63,856 nucleotides of DNA, filler included, from Platydemus manokwari (GCA_037951405.1; 6 parts of 6 records of this genome joined end to end with filler, not necessarily neighbours in it); one strand, 5' to 3'. Numbered from the whole stretch's first letter, positions 26,885 through 41,601 are shown. The notes: generated from the sequence alone by a model not told the origin. Program-made: numbers and translations.

Positions 26885-28984
26885 CTAGAAAAGAAGGTCG
26901 ATACATTATATGTATATATGATGAGCATAGTGATTATCGGTGTTAGATGATAATATAAGATGTAATGTAACAAATAATTCCTATAATAAACTGTCATAAA
27001 AATATTTTAAAAACATCTATCAAACCATCTTTTATGTGTTATAATCAATTACAGTACACAACGGTTAGTGAGTGAATCTTCAAATATTAAGACAAATTAT
27101 TCAATACCTGCTACTGGGAAAAAATATGTTTAAAAAGTATTGGACAAAAAAGTACACCACTGTTTATTGTCACACAATCAATGTTCCATAATATAATCTA
27201 GACAAAGAGTTTTTTTTGCTTTTGCTCAATACAGTTAATATAGTATTATGAACAGGATTATAGTTACATTTATGGTTTATCATAATCTTCACGTTCATTT
27301 AGATATTTTTTAAAGCTGATTTTGGTATTATTCAATATTCGTATCATATATAGTTGTTTGGTGTTTTCAGCCATTTCATTCTCGAAACATTTGTGACCGA
27401 TCAAAATAATATATAATAATTCCAACACAATTTTATAAATAAATTCAATTTGACAACGAAAATATATGCACCGATATTAATAATAAATCGCTTAATGAAA
27501 CATTCTACTCATAATTAACTTAAATCACTTATATTGTTCTCACAATCAGCTTATTTTAGTATATTCATTGGTGTAAAATTAAACCTTCGAAAAGAATATA
27601 CTATATTGCGTTACTTTGTATATTCTTAGTCATATAATAATCCACAGAATCAAACACAACAGTGAATATTTCATGGATTTTCTCTCATTATATCATTGAT
27701 TATACCAATCCAATATTTTCCATATTAATTAATAACGGTTATCGTGTTCAATACGAGATCGAACATCGAATCCAGTTATCTGCTTAGCTGTGAGATTTTA
27801 CCAGACACTTATATTACGAATATCCAGTGGGAAATGCTCATTTTTATGAAATACCTTTGGTAGAATAATAAAAGAAAATAAATTATAGGAAACCAGTAAC
27901 ACCTGTCGAAGAGAAAAATAGGAAATGAATCAATATTCTTGTTAGTTAGAATGGATTATAAATAGAAAGAAAATTAGACAGAACTAATAAATGGCCAATA
28001 TCTCAACTATGCTTCTGTAAAATTTTTTAAAAAACCCGATCTTCATTGTCAAATAAAGCCAAGACAATATATTTTTCGTAACTTCAATGTTCTCAATGAT
28101 TTATTGGAAATATCGTTTACATGATCGACAAACATGTATTTCGTAGAAAATTTCAAGTTAATAAAATAAGATACACAAAAGTATATTGAACACAGAAATT
28201 CTGCCATGGAATTGTTACTCCACACAAGTAAAGCTTTTAACGATTAAATCACCTATTTTATTAAATAGAATTAGCCAGCACGCTGTAACGCTGATGAAGG
28301 AGGAGTATAGAGATGTGTTCGAGTTGTTATGAAGCCAATCTTAACATTAATGAAAATAGCGACATTTAGAAAATTAATTTTCAAATCTTAAAATAGGGCT
28401 TATAAATGGGCATCTTATATACTGTTGAATGTAAAATAACATTGAAAAAAAACGAACTTTGGCACCTTAAACCCTTTAAAAATTTACATGCCCATTGACC
28501 AAAATTTTAATTCTATAAAGCACATGATCTTACAATGACGCAAGCCCGTCGATTGACCAATCCCATATCACAAAGATTAAAATTCTAGAAATATAGATCC
28601 CGAAGATCTAGTTAATATTTTGCTTTTGATGATTTCCAAATCTATTCATTGATTGATTTATATTATAAAATTCCGTCGACTTATTAGTATCAAATAGGAT
28701 CTCGAATCCATCATTCCACAATTCATCTATTCGCATATTCGAGCATACCTCATTACACAATTTCATTACATACAAGACTCACTCAAATTCAATTGATTAT
28801 ATTATACTAACAGTTCAATCATCGACATTCGTGAAAAAACACTATAATTTTCAATAAAGAAAAAATTGGAGACATTGTTGTTCATTATTGGAATCATGAT
28901 TTACATTCTATGTTGAAACAGTTGACGAGAAAATACTCAATCTATGAATTGTTTTTTAATATTTCGATGACATTGGAATGTTAT

Positions 28985-29176
28985 TGAATAAATATATTTT
29001 TTTGGAATATAATCACTAAACAGCACATTAATCCAATCGATAACACAGTTTACCTTTAATATTAATGAATAATCTAATGAATATATTTATTTTGAATAAA
29101 TTTTTAAATATAATCACTAAACAGCACATTAATCCAATCGATAACACAACCCACCTTTAATATAAATGAATAATCT
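28985..29176. repeat. Direct tandem duplication, ~100-bp period, 2 copies
   Basis: AATATAATCACTAAACAGCACATTAATCCAATCGATAACACA...CCTTTAATA..AATGAATAATCT occurs twice. Confidence 0.85.
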
Positions 29177-30205
29177 TCATCGGTATAAAATATTCATATA
29201 ATCTATTATTCATTCATTGTTAATTTTAGCATTATTCCCCCACATACTGGTTTTAACTTGTTTCACATTCTCGTGAATAATTTACAATACTTAATTTGAT
29301 CAGAGAATTTGAAAAATAAAATATTTTTTGAAAAATTGCAAATCGGGCGAATAAAATAATGTTCTAATCATTGGAAAATATATAATCAAAGATAATAATG
29401 GTTAATTATTTATTAATTCGTTACTTTTTAAACGAAGGTTCTCTCTAACATGATAAATAAAATTTTCAATTTCATAATATCGATATCATTTAACGAGTCC
29501 AGTTATTTCCACAAACATGAAATCACATGAAACCAATACTATTGAAGAACTTCAAACGGTATAAGGAAATATAAATAATATAAAATCAAATTGTCGGCAC
29601 TATTTAAAATTATCAGTCTGTTTTTTAATCAAATATATAAAACAATATTCACACAGTAGCATAAAAGCATTCGACCATATTCTGACTTGTAATCCACTCA
29701 TTAAATTTATCAAAAAATATATCAATTATCAATATATTTGAATAAAAATCCATTAAATTAAAATATTAATTAAAGTTTTAATTATGTATTTAATAACATT
29801 TTTCTTCAAATATCATTCATTCAAAATTCCTACAGACATTGGCAGCGCATTGTTGATAATGTGGGTGGTGAGAAATTTTGTTGCACATAAATAAAAAGTT
29901 ATGCTAGTACTGAAATAAAAGATGTGTTTTGAAAATCAGATTTTATAATAATATATTTCAACAGTTTTTGTAATAAAATAAATAAATTAGAAAGATACAA
30001 ATTCAACATGGTAATTATTATTAAAGATTATAATAAAATATATTTTGATTAAAGTAATCGGGATATCAAAATGAAAAAAACAATTCATTGCTGATACTAA
30101 TAGATCCTTTACGGTAAAAGAAAGAACCAATTATTAGATTGGCACATAAGCCAATTAAATTTTTAATTAAAATTTAATTAAATTTAACGGATTGTAATTA
30201 TAATA

Positions 30206-30418
30206 CAAGGTGGCCCAAAAATAGGTTTACAGTTATCACGTATTTGAAGTTCGACACTAGAAAAGCGGGAAATTCGTTATATCCGTTAACATAAACAATT
30301 CAGTCTCTCAGATGCTCAAAATAATCTCCTTCAACATTGCAACATCCTTCAAATCTCTCCAGGACATTCCGACACACACACACCTTAATAACTGTAAACC
30401 TACTTGTGGGACACCCTG
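30206..30418 (-). mobile_element. Internally deleted Tc1/mariner-superfamily element (MITE, 213 bp)
   Basis: TA flanks and ~31-bp TIRs (CAAGGTGGCCCAAAAATAGGTTTACAGTTAT / rc CAGGGTGTCCCACAAGTAGGTTTACAGTTAT). Retains the transposase C-terminus VCRNVLERFEGCCNVEGDYFEHLRD*. Confidence 0.88.
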
Positions 30419-31249
30419 TATAATGATAATTCTCATAATTATTGTTAGGCCTTAGCTGACATCATAATTTTATTTACAATATTATATTAAAAGTATTAGC
30501 TAATATTTGAATTAAATTTTTCATTTATTATCACTTAATCCGATCTGAGACTTTATTAAGAAAATTTTCTCAACCTTGAAATTCCTGGAACTTTTCTAAC
30601 TAGAAATAAAACCTCAAACGATAAATAAAATTGCTTTCGTTTCTCAAAATTCTTTATTGGAATATCCAAAGTAATTATTTTTATGAATATTTGTCATTTT
30701 TGATATATTAACTCGCTCCATACCATTGGATGTCTGAACTCTTCAAATGCTACAAACCTGGGCTGCACTTGAATTTTTAGGACTTTTCCCATAATTTCAA
30801 CACTAAAAAATCACTGACCAATCATAAGCAGGTTTTAGCTGCGGGAGAGGGGTTAAATTGAGTGTTCCAGTGCATTTGGAGTTTGGATAAAAACATATCA
30901 ATTTATAGATTATTTTTGTTTTATAGGAAATAAAATAATAAAATTTATCAGCAAAACACTTCCATAATGGATTAGATCGTGAAAAACTCTACTAATGTTG
31001 ACAGTACTGATGAAAATATAAAATTCACATATCTATACATATAGAAGTCCGTATATGTTCATACATAATCAAAATAAGGTAACCTATAGAGCTATTCGAG
31101 TTGAGCATTTATAAACATTGTCAGTGTTTTTTGGTATAAATAATCATATCTTGTTTTAATTGAATCAAATATTTGACCTCATAATATGATATAGATTAAT
31201 ATGATTATTGTTACTCGCTCCGATTTGATATGTTGATAAATAAAACCCG

Positions 31250-31703
31250 CACTTTTAACCTGTTTTAAAAATGGTAAATTTTCATATCTAGTATTTTTTA
31301 CAAAATTATATAAAGTTCTACCTTCATAAGAGGTTAAATGAATGCCAGCTTCTTCAGCATAAGTATTTTCTTGTAATATTTGTTTTTGTTTTGATTTGTT
31401 AACTCTTCTTTTATGTTCTCAGTCTCCACGCTAGTTTTCTTAGATTATTTTGCTTGATTCATTGCAGTTGCAACTCCTACAGCAATACTTCCTGATCCAC
31501 TTAAATACGCCATAATTGCTTGTAATGCACTTAATAACGAAAAAAACCCACCTTCTTTTTGTTTCTTATAGTCTTCTTTATTTACTATCAATTTGATTAA
31601 TTTGTCAATAATTTCTTTAGATATTTTTATTTTTTCCCATCATAGTTAAATGATTTAGGTTTCCCAGTTTTTATAATTTTTTTTTAAGTTTTTCATCATT
31701 CAT
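31250..31703 (-). pseudogene. Polinton/adintovirus pX-like (GGF-motif) small virion protein, disrupted
   Basis: MNDEKLKK/IIKTGKPKSF...YKKQKEGGFFSLLSALQAIMAYLSGSGSIAVGVATAMNQAK*: a basic N-terminus, a GGF site and an amphipathic Gly/Ala helix. Starts 30 nt after the capsid stop. Confidence 0.65.
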
Positions 31704-31732
31704 TTTTAAAAAAATAAAATTTAAAGAACTCA

Positions 31733-32263
31733 TTAGTTCCGGATTGAAACCATCTTGACACTCTTAATTGATATTTCAGCAGCTTTTTCTTCTAATATAC
31801 AAGAATAACCGTCACATTTAAATCAGGATCTTTTTCAATTTTTATTGATAAGGTACATTCATTTGTTATTAAGTTCTCATCTTGAGCACTAACATCAAAA
31901 CAAAACATTGAGTATGACCGTTAAGAATTTAAAATATTTAATTGAGGTTTCTTTCCAAATTCTTTATATAAATAAGCTAAATAAGGTTTTATTTGGTTAT
32001 TATTTGTGATATCAAATTGCATTTTATTCATTGGATAATTAGAGTTATTTAATTTTACTCTCAATGATTTAATTTTGTTATTACAAATTATCTCAACAAA
32101 TTTCGAGTCATTTTTATTATAACTAATATCAGATACTTTGAATCATACTAGTATATATTGGGGTCTATTTTTTAATAAACCTACTTACCAATTATATGTT
32201 GATCCCTTTAGAATACTAACAAAATTTAATAATCTATTTAAATAATTCACTTGAATGGGTTTA
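31733..32263 (-). pseudogene. Polinton/Maverick (adintovirus-like) major capsid protein, C-terminal part, disrupted
   Basis: ...TYNW*VGLLKNRPQYILV*FK...IKSLRVKLNNSNYPMNKMQFDITNN...PYLAY...YSMFCFDVSAQDENL...LSIKIE...GYSCILEEK... matches the recalled Polinton PY capsid pattern (KPRYIIVGFQ, V.LN..YP, PLFVFDVS.Q.E). Three stops and one frameshift; truncated by the contig end. Confidence 0.75.
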
Positions 32264-32363
32264 NNNNNNNNNNNNNNNNNNNNNNNNNNNNNNNNNNNNN
32301 NNNNNNNTTAATTAATTAANNNNNNNNNNNNNNNNNNNNNNNNNNNNNNNNNNNNNNNNNNNN
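32264..32363. other. Artificial contig-joining spacer
   Basis: 44N-TTAATTAATTAA-44N. Confidence 0.97.
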
Positions 32364-35300
32364 CTGGAAATTCAGAAATCTGAAATCCAATCTCTCGGAG
32401 TCAAGAAAACTTGTCGCTGACTCACCAAGGAAAAATTCTATACAAGAAATTTTAACATAAAATGTTTTAAAGTCGAGGTGAGGGATATCCCACCACCTCG
32501 TGAAGTCCACTGTATATGTCAAATATGTATTAGAATTTTTTTATGATTAATCGTACAACTATTGAAAATTAAAGTCAAAAGAAAATTTAAATTAGTGATT
32601 ATATATAACGGCAATTGTTTGTGAATAAACATATTATAGATATATAATTTATCTGTTCTCTGCATTCCCAATTTATTTTTTGCACAAATAATGATTAAAC
32701 AGACTACATTACTATATTTGAAAATTTTCTTTAGCAGTTGTAAACTTATAAAAGGTATTGTTAGAAAAATGAACTGACTTTGAATTGTTTTTATTAATAA
32801 ATTCACTGCTATTATAATTATAATTGGAATTTTATACAGATCCTATGTAGTACCAGCTAGGGAGCGTCCAATTTTCAAGAAATTTCCATTATTGTTACTA
32901 TTACCAATAATGAGATTAGCTTTTCTATTTATTTATGTTCAAAACAGTTAGTTCACAAATAATTTAACAACGTTAATCCACCAATAATTTTCCAATGTTA
33001 TCAATTTGATTCTATTGGATTTTGAAAGGTTGAACACTGACTGAAAAAGCTTCGCATAAATGTTTCCTGCCCTACGTATTTGTGTGTCAGCATAATGCAC
33101 ACATGTGTATCGCGATCAGCATATAAATAAATTACTGACAGCTAATTAATCATTTCATTTCATTAATGATTTAAAAATCACTTAGGTAAATTTGTTTCAT
33201 TTTTTTTCTTAATTTTTAGGTACATGAAATATGTTGGAGTAGCTTGTGTGGTTTAGTTATGAACCAAAAGTAGCCAAAGAAGATCAAAAAACACAGATCG
33301 ACTTATTTATGTAAAATTTTTACTATGCACGATTAGAGTCATTTAGAGTCGAGTAAAGTAAATATGGAATTACTATATAAGAAATCAACCAATGTCACAG
33401 AATCCCCTAAAAAGTAAATGCACAATTCAAGAAAAATTCTACCAGAAAAGCTTCCATAAACTTCAATTACATTCAAAACTCCAATATCTTTGACTTCGAC
33501 TTCGAAATATTATGAGTAAAATTTTATTTATTTATGCTACAATAAAGTTTGCAAGGCAATTATTAGGAATATGTTATGTACTAAACATTCCCAATTCGAT
33601 TCTCTTCTGATCACTTTTTTCTTCCAGAGTTGGGTTGCATTAGTTCCAACAGTGATTGTAAATCTCTTAATGGCACTACAGATATACATATCGGTACTGC
33701 TAAAAGTCAGATATTAGTGGAATCGATTTGTCTATATCTCAATTCTGAAAGTAAAGACAAAAATTAACAGCTCAAATTATCAGGAAGCAATTTCAGTTAA
33801 GTCAAGCAGTCACATCACTTAAATCTATCATATATGTAAAGCAGTCTATTCTTTATGAGCAACGTAATCATGTAATAGGTCATAATTTATCCATTGATAT
33901 AAAACTATTATGATCGGGCCTCATTGGTTGTTATTTTATTAAATTGGCCGTTATTCAGTTGATTAATTTTTATGGAAGTTATTAACGACTCAATCAGTCT
34001 CTGTGAGTATTGTTATAAGGCACAGTTAAAACTTATAATCTACAATGACATCTTATTGGTACCATTGTTACTCAATTTCATTGCTTTGGTTAGATTTGAT
34101 ATCTTCGATAGCTGATTTTATAATGTTGACACATTCCTATTACATCTAAAAAGATGGTGAAGTGACAGTGGATTTTTACCAATTATATTATAATCTGTAA
34201 TAATAAAATTAAACATATGATGTGGTGCTATTTAACAATTATTATTTTAATAATGAATTGAAAACCAAGTCCAATTAATAATAAAATATATTATAAGCAT
34301 ACAACTGTTGAGATAGAGACCCATTAAACCCATCTAAACCCTTATAAATAAATCCAAAAGAAGACTGACTTGACCATTGTGAATCAACGCAGTCAATCCA
34401 GTCAATAAACTTAATCAACAGAACAAATTCTTTTGAAAGAATTTTGATTTTTATGTAAAGGATGAGAAGGAATTAATGTGATGCAGATAAGTAAACATAT
34501 ATAAATATAAGAAAAATAGCTAATTAAAAAAGATACTTTACAAAAGTCTGCATAATTAAATCAAACTCCTGCTCAGCTGATTCAGGATAGATGGATAGAA
34601 GTCTATCAAAACCACAATAAACTAAATCCCCACGATCAACGCACTAAAAAGTCTCAGAAAAAAGTCAATAAACGAAAACTATTCAGGTTTCAGAGTTAGC
34701 CAAATCAATTGCTAGTGGAGTTAAACAAAATGGAATTTCAACAATCACCAAAGAAATTTAATAGAATATATTGTGTTGAGAATTTCGTCAATTGTGCGAA
34801 GCAAGATTTTTACAATTTCAGATGATATTAATGTGCACATGTTCATTAATTAAGTCAAATTTAAATATAACTTAAAATTGCCATTACATTTTCTTCATCT
34901 TCATCTCGTATGGATTCGTTATAATCCACTTTCGTGGTGCACTGGACATTGTCTTCTAAAATTTATTTGTTCATTCTTAATTTTTAAACACTGTATTTTA
35001 ATTATCTCAATGCAATTTAGTGGCATCGAAATATTTTCTTTCTCATAGCAAACTTCACATACATTTTTTAAATAAAATAAGAATTATAATTCGATTTATT
35101 CAGTAACGATATCGTTATACTCAGACAAATAAAATTCAACTTAAATTAATAGACATTAGACCTTTAGACGCTCAGTATTCCGATAGTGTCGTCCTCATAC
35201 TTGCTAACGAAGCCCTTTCGAATAAGCATCGAATGCAACTTCAAAGAAAAAGTTCATGATCTTTATCTCCTTCGTAGTGTCAAAGATGAATTCTATACCA

Positions 35301-38300
35301 AGGATGTTGACAATGTAAGAAATATAGGTTTATAAAGAAGATTTTATAAACAAGAAAATCATTTCAATATCATCCATCATTGTTGGACATACATCCACAA
35401 AGTAGCAAAAACACAAAACTTGCAAACTACTGATTGCTGAATCACGAACAACTGTCTACTGACACTTTAAACCAGTGTTTAAACACTAACTGACCGAGTC
35501 ATCGACCGGAAAACACTTAAAGCTTCTTTCACATTAATTTTCATGTGTTTAACTGCGATTTTTAAATTGTAATAATTATTTTAAATTTCAGGCAATTTAT
35601 TTCTCATAAATTTAATTGATACTGGGTTATTGATGCCAAATTTTATTGCAAGTTAATTTAAAGGTGCTGTTTTACTCTAAAGATAATTTACCACAAATTA
35701 ATACTGCTAGGTACTGAAATACTCTAAAATAAATAAAAATATAACTTTTTTTAAAATCCAGATACCAAAACTTTCTTAAAAATGGAAAATATATAAATGT
35801 AATTCAATAACTCCAAAAAACAGATGAAATAATTTCATAATTCCAAAAATAGAATCAAACATGCATAGGAAACTAAAAATTGGATAAGTAAAATACAATA
35901 ATAATAAAAAGGATGATTAGTTAAAAGCAAATAAGTTATGATTCATAAATACGCCTATAGTTATACGCCCCTAACTATTGTTCAAAAAACTTATTATTCT
36001 AGACAAATCTTATTATTGGAAAATTTCAGAATGGAAATTCAAATTTATTGATTTATTTTCTGAATCAAACAAATTACGTCCACAGATTAATCCACTTTAC
36101 TGAAAAGAAATTCTATTGACAATCAATCTAAGGACTCTATTTTAAGTAGTTCTTTCATAAGTTAATTACAGACGAAATAGGAGAAACTATTCGAAACTAT
36201 ACGACATTCGAAGTTCTAAGAGTAATATTATTATTCTTATCTTAAACATTTTCATGCATTTGTTTAAGTTACATAATATCATTATTGTAATTAAAAATAT
36301 CTTGAGCCTGGCCAAACTTCTCTTTCACTAAAGCCTAAAATCTCTCTAACCATTAATAGCCTATCTGAATAGTTGCCGGATTATTTAGGTATCAACTATC
36401 TCAAATTCATGGTAATAGACCTTGCCTGCCCTTCGCATAAGGACCTAATAAAATAAAACCAAAGCAAAATGGCAATTAAATAATTAATTCTAATTAATCT
36501 ACCTGATTATTTTTATCCAATATTTGATAGATGAATTTCATCATTGTTGACATATTATTGAACATTTATAATTTGATATTGACGTAATAATTATATATTC
36601 TTATAAATTATGTTGATTTATTTATTTGTATTTAAATTATTTTATCGTTTCTATACTTCGACTTTAGAGTCAGGCATAAGTTAAGTAAAACATGACGAGC
36701 TAAAATCCTTCATAAAATTAAATCACGATAAAACTAAATAATACACACACAAATTCAATACAATTTTTACACGGAAATGAAAAAAAATACAATTTTTCAA
36801 CTAAAATTAGAGACAAAATAAAAATCACCTTAATATTTTCCGATAATTAAAATTATAACATTGTTTTTGTTTTTAGTTAACTGATTATACTTTGTACATT
36901 GGAATAAATTTTTATACACCGAAAATAAAAATACATGAATAATATTGTTATTTTTTGTCAGGTTTTAAACAGTTCATAATTGATAGTTAACAAAATTAAT
37001 GGGTCCGAAACCCCAACAAAACCATCACGATCAAAGCTAACTGTTCACTGTCAAGCTTTAGTCATGCAATATAATTAGTTCCTTATCCATTACAATCGAA
37101 AAAAACAACATAAATTAAAAAAAATACTACATATTACATTTAATTATGGATATAATAAAAATTTACGTTTCGTAAAAAATATGTTCCGTAATCCTAAATT
37201 TATTTGAATAAATGACGATTTTCAGTGAGCATTGCTGATAAGAAATATTTGAAAAAACTATGGAAAAAACTTCAATCGCTATATCAAAGGTAAAGCTCCA
37301 AAATTTTAATATATGACCTGGATAAATGAAAAATGTAAGACTTAAATAAACAATTTTATTATCAAATCAATTAATCTGAAAAATTAGCTTTGAGTTTTGA
37401 AAGTTAACCAAATATTGCATCTCTGTGAACCAATGACTTTCCTCGGTAAACTATTGTGACCAAACCAGCTAAAATATACAATTTCAAATCGGCATGATAA
37501 ATTATTGGACAATTGAGTGTCAAAAAATATTTTTAAAATAATAATAAAAAATTCAAAAAATTATCAATAAAATATATTTAGTTTCATGTTCTTCAGTGGT
37601 TATTCCTATATTCACACTGAGGACAAAAAATAGTATGTCAGTGGAGGGAAAATAGCACCAAAGATCTGGAAGCTGTGACTAATTCCAAGAACTAGTGTTT
37701 TGTAAATAATAATAAAAGTATGTAAATCTAAAATTTTTTGTTTTAATCCGTAATATCATTAAGTTAACTAGGAATGTAAATATAAATGATCATAGGATAC
37801 AAATTAACAAAAAATAAATTCTATTGGAATGTTTTTAGCTCAGATTTAATGATTTTCCAAATGGCAATTGTTGTTTACGTGGAAGTTTCAATAATTTATA
37901 TTTCGATCAAAATGTATAATATTAATATTTACATAATAATTATTATTATTGTAAGTTATTATTAATTCATTTAAACATTTTTCAACCCCCTTTCTTTGAT
38001 ATCTATGATTTCATTTGCATTCTTAATCGTCTCTTTATTCACTACTCTGCATATTATCTAAATAAAAATCTCTAATTTTTCTTCTTTATATTCGTTTATT
38101 TTATCTCCTTTATATTTTCTTCACAGCTTCTTTGTTTATTTTCAATAGGTTTCCCCTTCTCTTCTATAAAGTTCAGTCTCTGATCTTCTCTTAATCAAAT
38201 CCACAAGATTGGTAGCTAAGTAACCTACTGTTACGTTCGGGCCTTATTGATTTTTTTTGTTTGAATAAGCTTAATCCTTCTTGACACCACTACTGACTTA

Positions 38301-38481
38301 ATCAATCTCTATGAGTTCCTGATTAAGGCCACATGTGTAATATATCTTATGTTGTTGTTTTTTCATCTCGCACAGCCTTATCGTATGAATACAATAGGTG
38401 TGGCAGTAGTGATACGTTTTACTTAACCTAATTATCAGTCTCAAATTTAATAAAACTATAACTATTTAAAACTATTATCTA

Positions 38482-39254
38482 TGTTAGTAACAATGAGTTA
38501 CAAATTTACAATTCCTATATGAATAAAAACTAAGATTTATTATTATAAATATTTATAAGCAATTAACATCAATACAATAAATGGTTAACAATTACAATGG
38601 ATTTTAAAACTACACTATACATCAAGTTATACTTATAAAAGAACCTTGCAAAAAGAACGGTTGCAAACTTCAACTCTAGAAGCCGAACCTTTATCTTCAA
38701 GATCTTTGAGCAAAAATTCTATAGTATGAAATACAAGATACGATATATAATATAGATCAGTTTTTTACAGGTACGGTCTTACTTTCGGTCTTCCAGCAAA
38801 TGTCAGGCATATACAGGAAAAATTGGTCTTCTGTACCAGATGATCTTCTTGAGTGCGTCGAATTTAAACGATGGTTCTTCTCCAATTAATGTAACGTCAG
38901 ACAGCGATAGTGACGGCAATAACAACGAAAAATTATGTCCTTAATTTGTGTTGGAAACTAAATGTCCGTGTTGATTGAAATCACTACCTTATATAGGCAG
39001 TGAATCACTCGCAAATATTGTCTGCGATTAAATTTAATGCCAGTGAATTTATTTATAGAATTTTCATGCGCAGAAACAGATGACAATTTATTTTTTGCGG
39101 TTAATGCGTGATATCTCATTACGTATTGGTATTTTATAAATTATTTTATTATTTTAGGAATTTTCGATGGATTTGGTATTGGTAATTTTATTGGTATAAA
39201 TAAATCATGATTACGTTTAAATAAATAATTATTATAAAAATCAATATTTCATAC
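38482..39254 (-). mobile_element. Possible solo LTR in reverse orientation
   Basis: TGT...ACA termini. On the - strand: CTATATAAGG TATA (~38990), then AATAAA near the far end (~38540). No TSD seen. Confidence 0.3.
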
Positions 39255-41601
39255 AGGTTTTTGCTCAAGAAAGCGAAGGTCATAAAAATGCACATTCATT
39301 AAATAAAAATTAATACAATAAAAATTAATACACATTATATACTCACTGTCATGCAAAAGTTATGCGCATATGTTTCAATGTAAATAAATTGTTTTTAAGT
39401 AACTATTTGGGCCAAAACCCCAAAAATTATATTAAATTCACTTTCTCGTTTTAATTTATTATTTTATTTTAATTTTATGATAATAAGTTTGATTTTATAA
39501 ATAATATATATTATATTATTTGAACAACTTAAGCAATCATTTTTACATACACCAATGAAATGCCAGTAATTATTCGAAATTATAAAATCATTTTTATACA
39601 GAATCATAAAAAATAAAATGTTCAATAAATGTTAAACAGAATCAGGTTTATAAAGGATAAATGTTCACAATGATAATTAATGTCAAATTATTGTATTGGA
39701 GCGAATTGGAATTCGAAGATTGAAATTTGAATTTAATAGTTTCTTCAGGCATCCAAATCTACATTCCAGTTTCTCATCTTATTTTTCTTCAATTCTTACT
39801 TGTCTTTTTTTCCGATTTGAGCTAGAGCCGCAACGTCTTTCAAGCTTTTGGCTCTCCTTATCTGTCAAACTGTACTTCCTTGAAGCCATCACATATCTGT
39901 CCGACCCTGTTTTGGCATTTTTCTTCTATCATTGTTCGTATGGTATAACTGTCATGTATGTTTAGTCATTATCTAGACACTGTCTGTTTCTTCGCTATCT
40001 GAATAGGTTACCAGCTTACTCACGTTATGATCTTCTTAACAGATATGAATCATATGTTTATTATACTGAAATTTACCGCGAAAGAAATAAATTCTCCGTA
40101 ATTAAATGAATGGTAATATATTTTATTTATTGCATGGATATTATTTTTATTCTAGGTGGATATTCAATTCATTATGCCCAATAACTCAATAAATAAATTC
40201 ATTATGTGTTTTGTTTTAATGAGTGAATTTATTATATGGTAATTTTAATGACTACGGTAATTTTAATTTTATTATATATATACCAGGTTTTTTTAAATAA
40301 TTAAGATGATTATTAATTGGAGTTTAAATTATATTATACTTCTCTTTGTCACAAAATCTCCCTGACTTTCTATTAAAATATTTAACATTAAAATTTCATG
40401 AAATAATTAATTTTATACACCCAATAAAAATTGTACATTGGCACATACAATTACTGCCTGATTAAACACTTATCAAAAGTTCATAAACACAACAATTTTG
40501 TTTAATAAATCTTTGATATTTTCATGCATTGTTGAAAAATAAAAACTTAAGAAAGTCATGCAACAATAGTTTATATAATAACATATGAAAATAAAAGTTG
40601 TAAAAATTTTATTGTTTCCTATTATTTGTGGTGCAAATTTTTAAATGAAATAACAGATAAACGTAAGTTATGAATCACGATGATTGATGAGAAAGAAAGT
40701 AAAAATGGCAACTCTTAGTGGCTTTAAATAAGTGAAATGAATGCTATAGATTATATTAGTAAAAAACTGTGTTACTCCGCAGCCTCATTCACATCAAAAA
40801 ACATAAATACAACGGACTCAACTCTAATTTGATTACGGCTGACAGTTGTTATCGGTGTAAATTTGATATAATAATAAACGTATTACAAAAAGTGTATAAT
40901 TTTGATTTATAGCAATCGCATTCTTAACGGTCATAATCCATTTGTAACAAAAATAATTACATTGTCACCTCATCACCTTTTTAGTGGTGGGAGTGTTGTT
41001 AACATTAAAATGACATTGATATCTGTTAATTTTTATGGTTGTTACAAGTGGTATTAATGCCCTTGTGTAGAGATATAATATTGTGATGATATCAACTGAT
41101 GCTAAATACTGAAAATTGTAATTAGAAATCACGATGAATTACAAAGTTCGATTCGTCACACAACACAAATAAAATCACAATAAATCAACAATAGATAATC
41201 GCGCAAACTGGGATCAGCACATGCAAATTAAACCGCAAAATCTGGTTGTCAGAAAAGTCACATAGAATAGAAGTTACAAACCAAAAAGACTGGAGGATGC
41301 TCGTGAAATTCAACTCCTTCATAGGCTTACCCAGTGTGTTCACTTGATGTCTGAGACCTTCATTTTTCATTTGATAGAGCAGCTCGCACATTGGTTCTGT
41401 GAGCAATCTTTATTGCATTTCTCGTGACATTGGGTATTTCAATGTTTATTGGTAACATGAGCCAATTGATTATTGAATTACAAATATGGATTGATATATA
41501 GGGGAATGTGACTGGCTTTGCTACTTGCGTTAGTCGAATCTGTGTGTGTGGACCCTTTAAAGGTTATTTCCATGGTTTCCATGAATACTTTTGTTGTCTT
41601 T

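Noticed and set aside
28480-28860. Possible additional upstream SERAC1 exons
   Set aside because: Short frames with splice-like sites, but no recognisable SERAC1 similarity or consistent phase.
30712-30852. TTAA-flanked possible piggyBac MITE
   Set aside because: Terminal inverted repeat match is too weak (CTCGCTCC vs CCCCTCTCC).
38765-38800. ACGGTCTTA resembling a flatworm spliced-leader sequence
   Set aside because: Only a 9-nt match; no terminal ATG|GT or Sm site arrangement.
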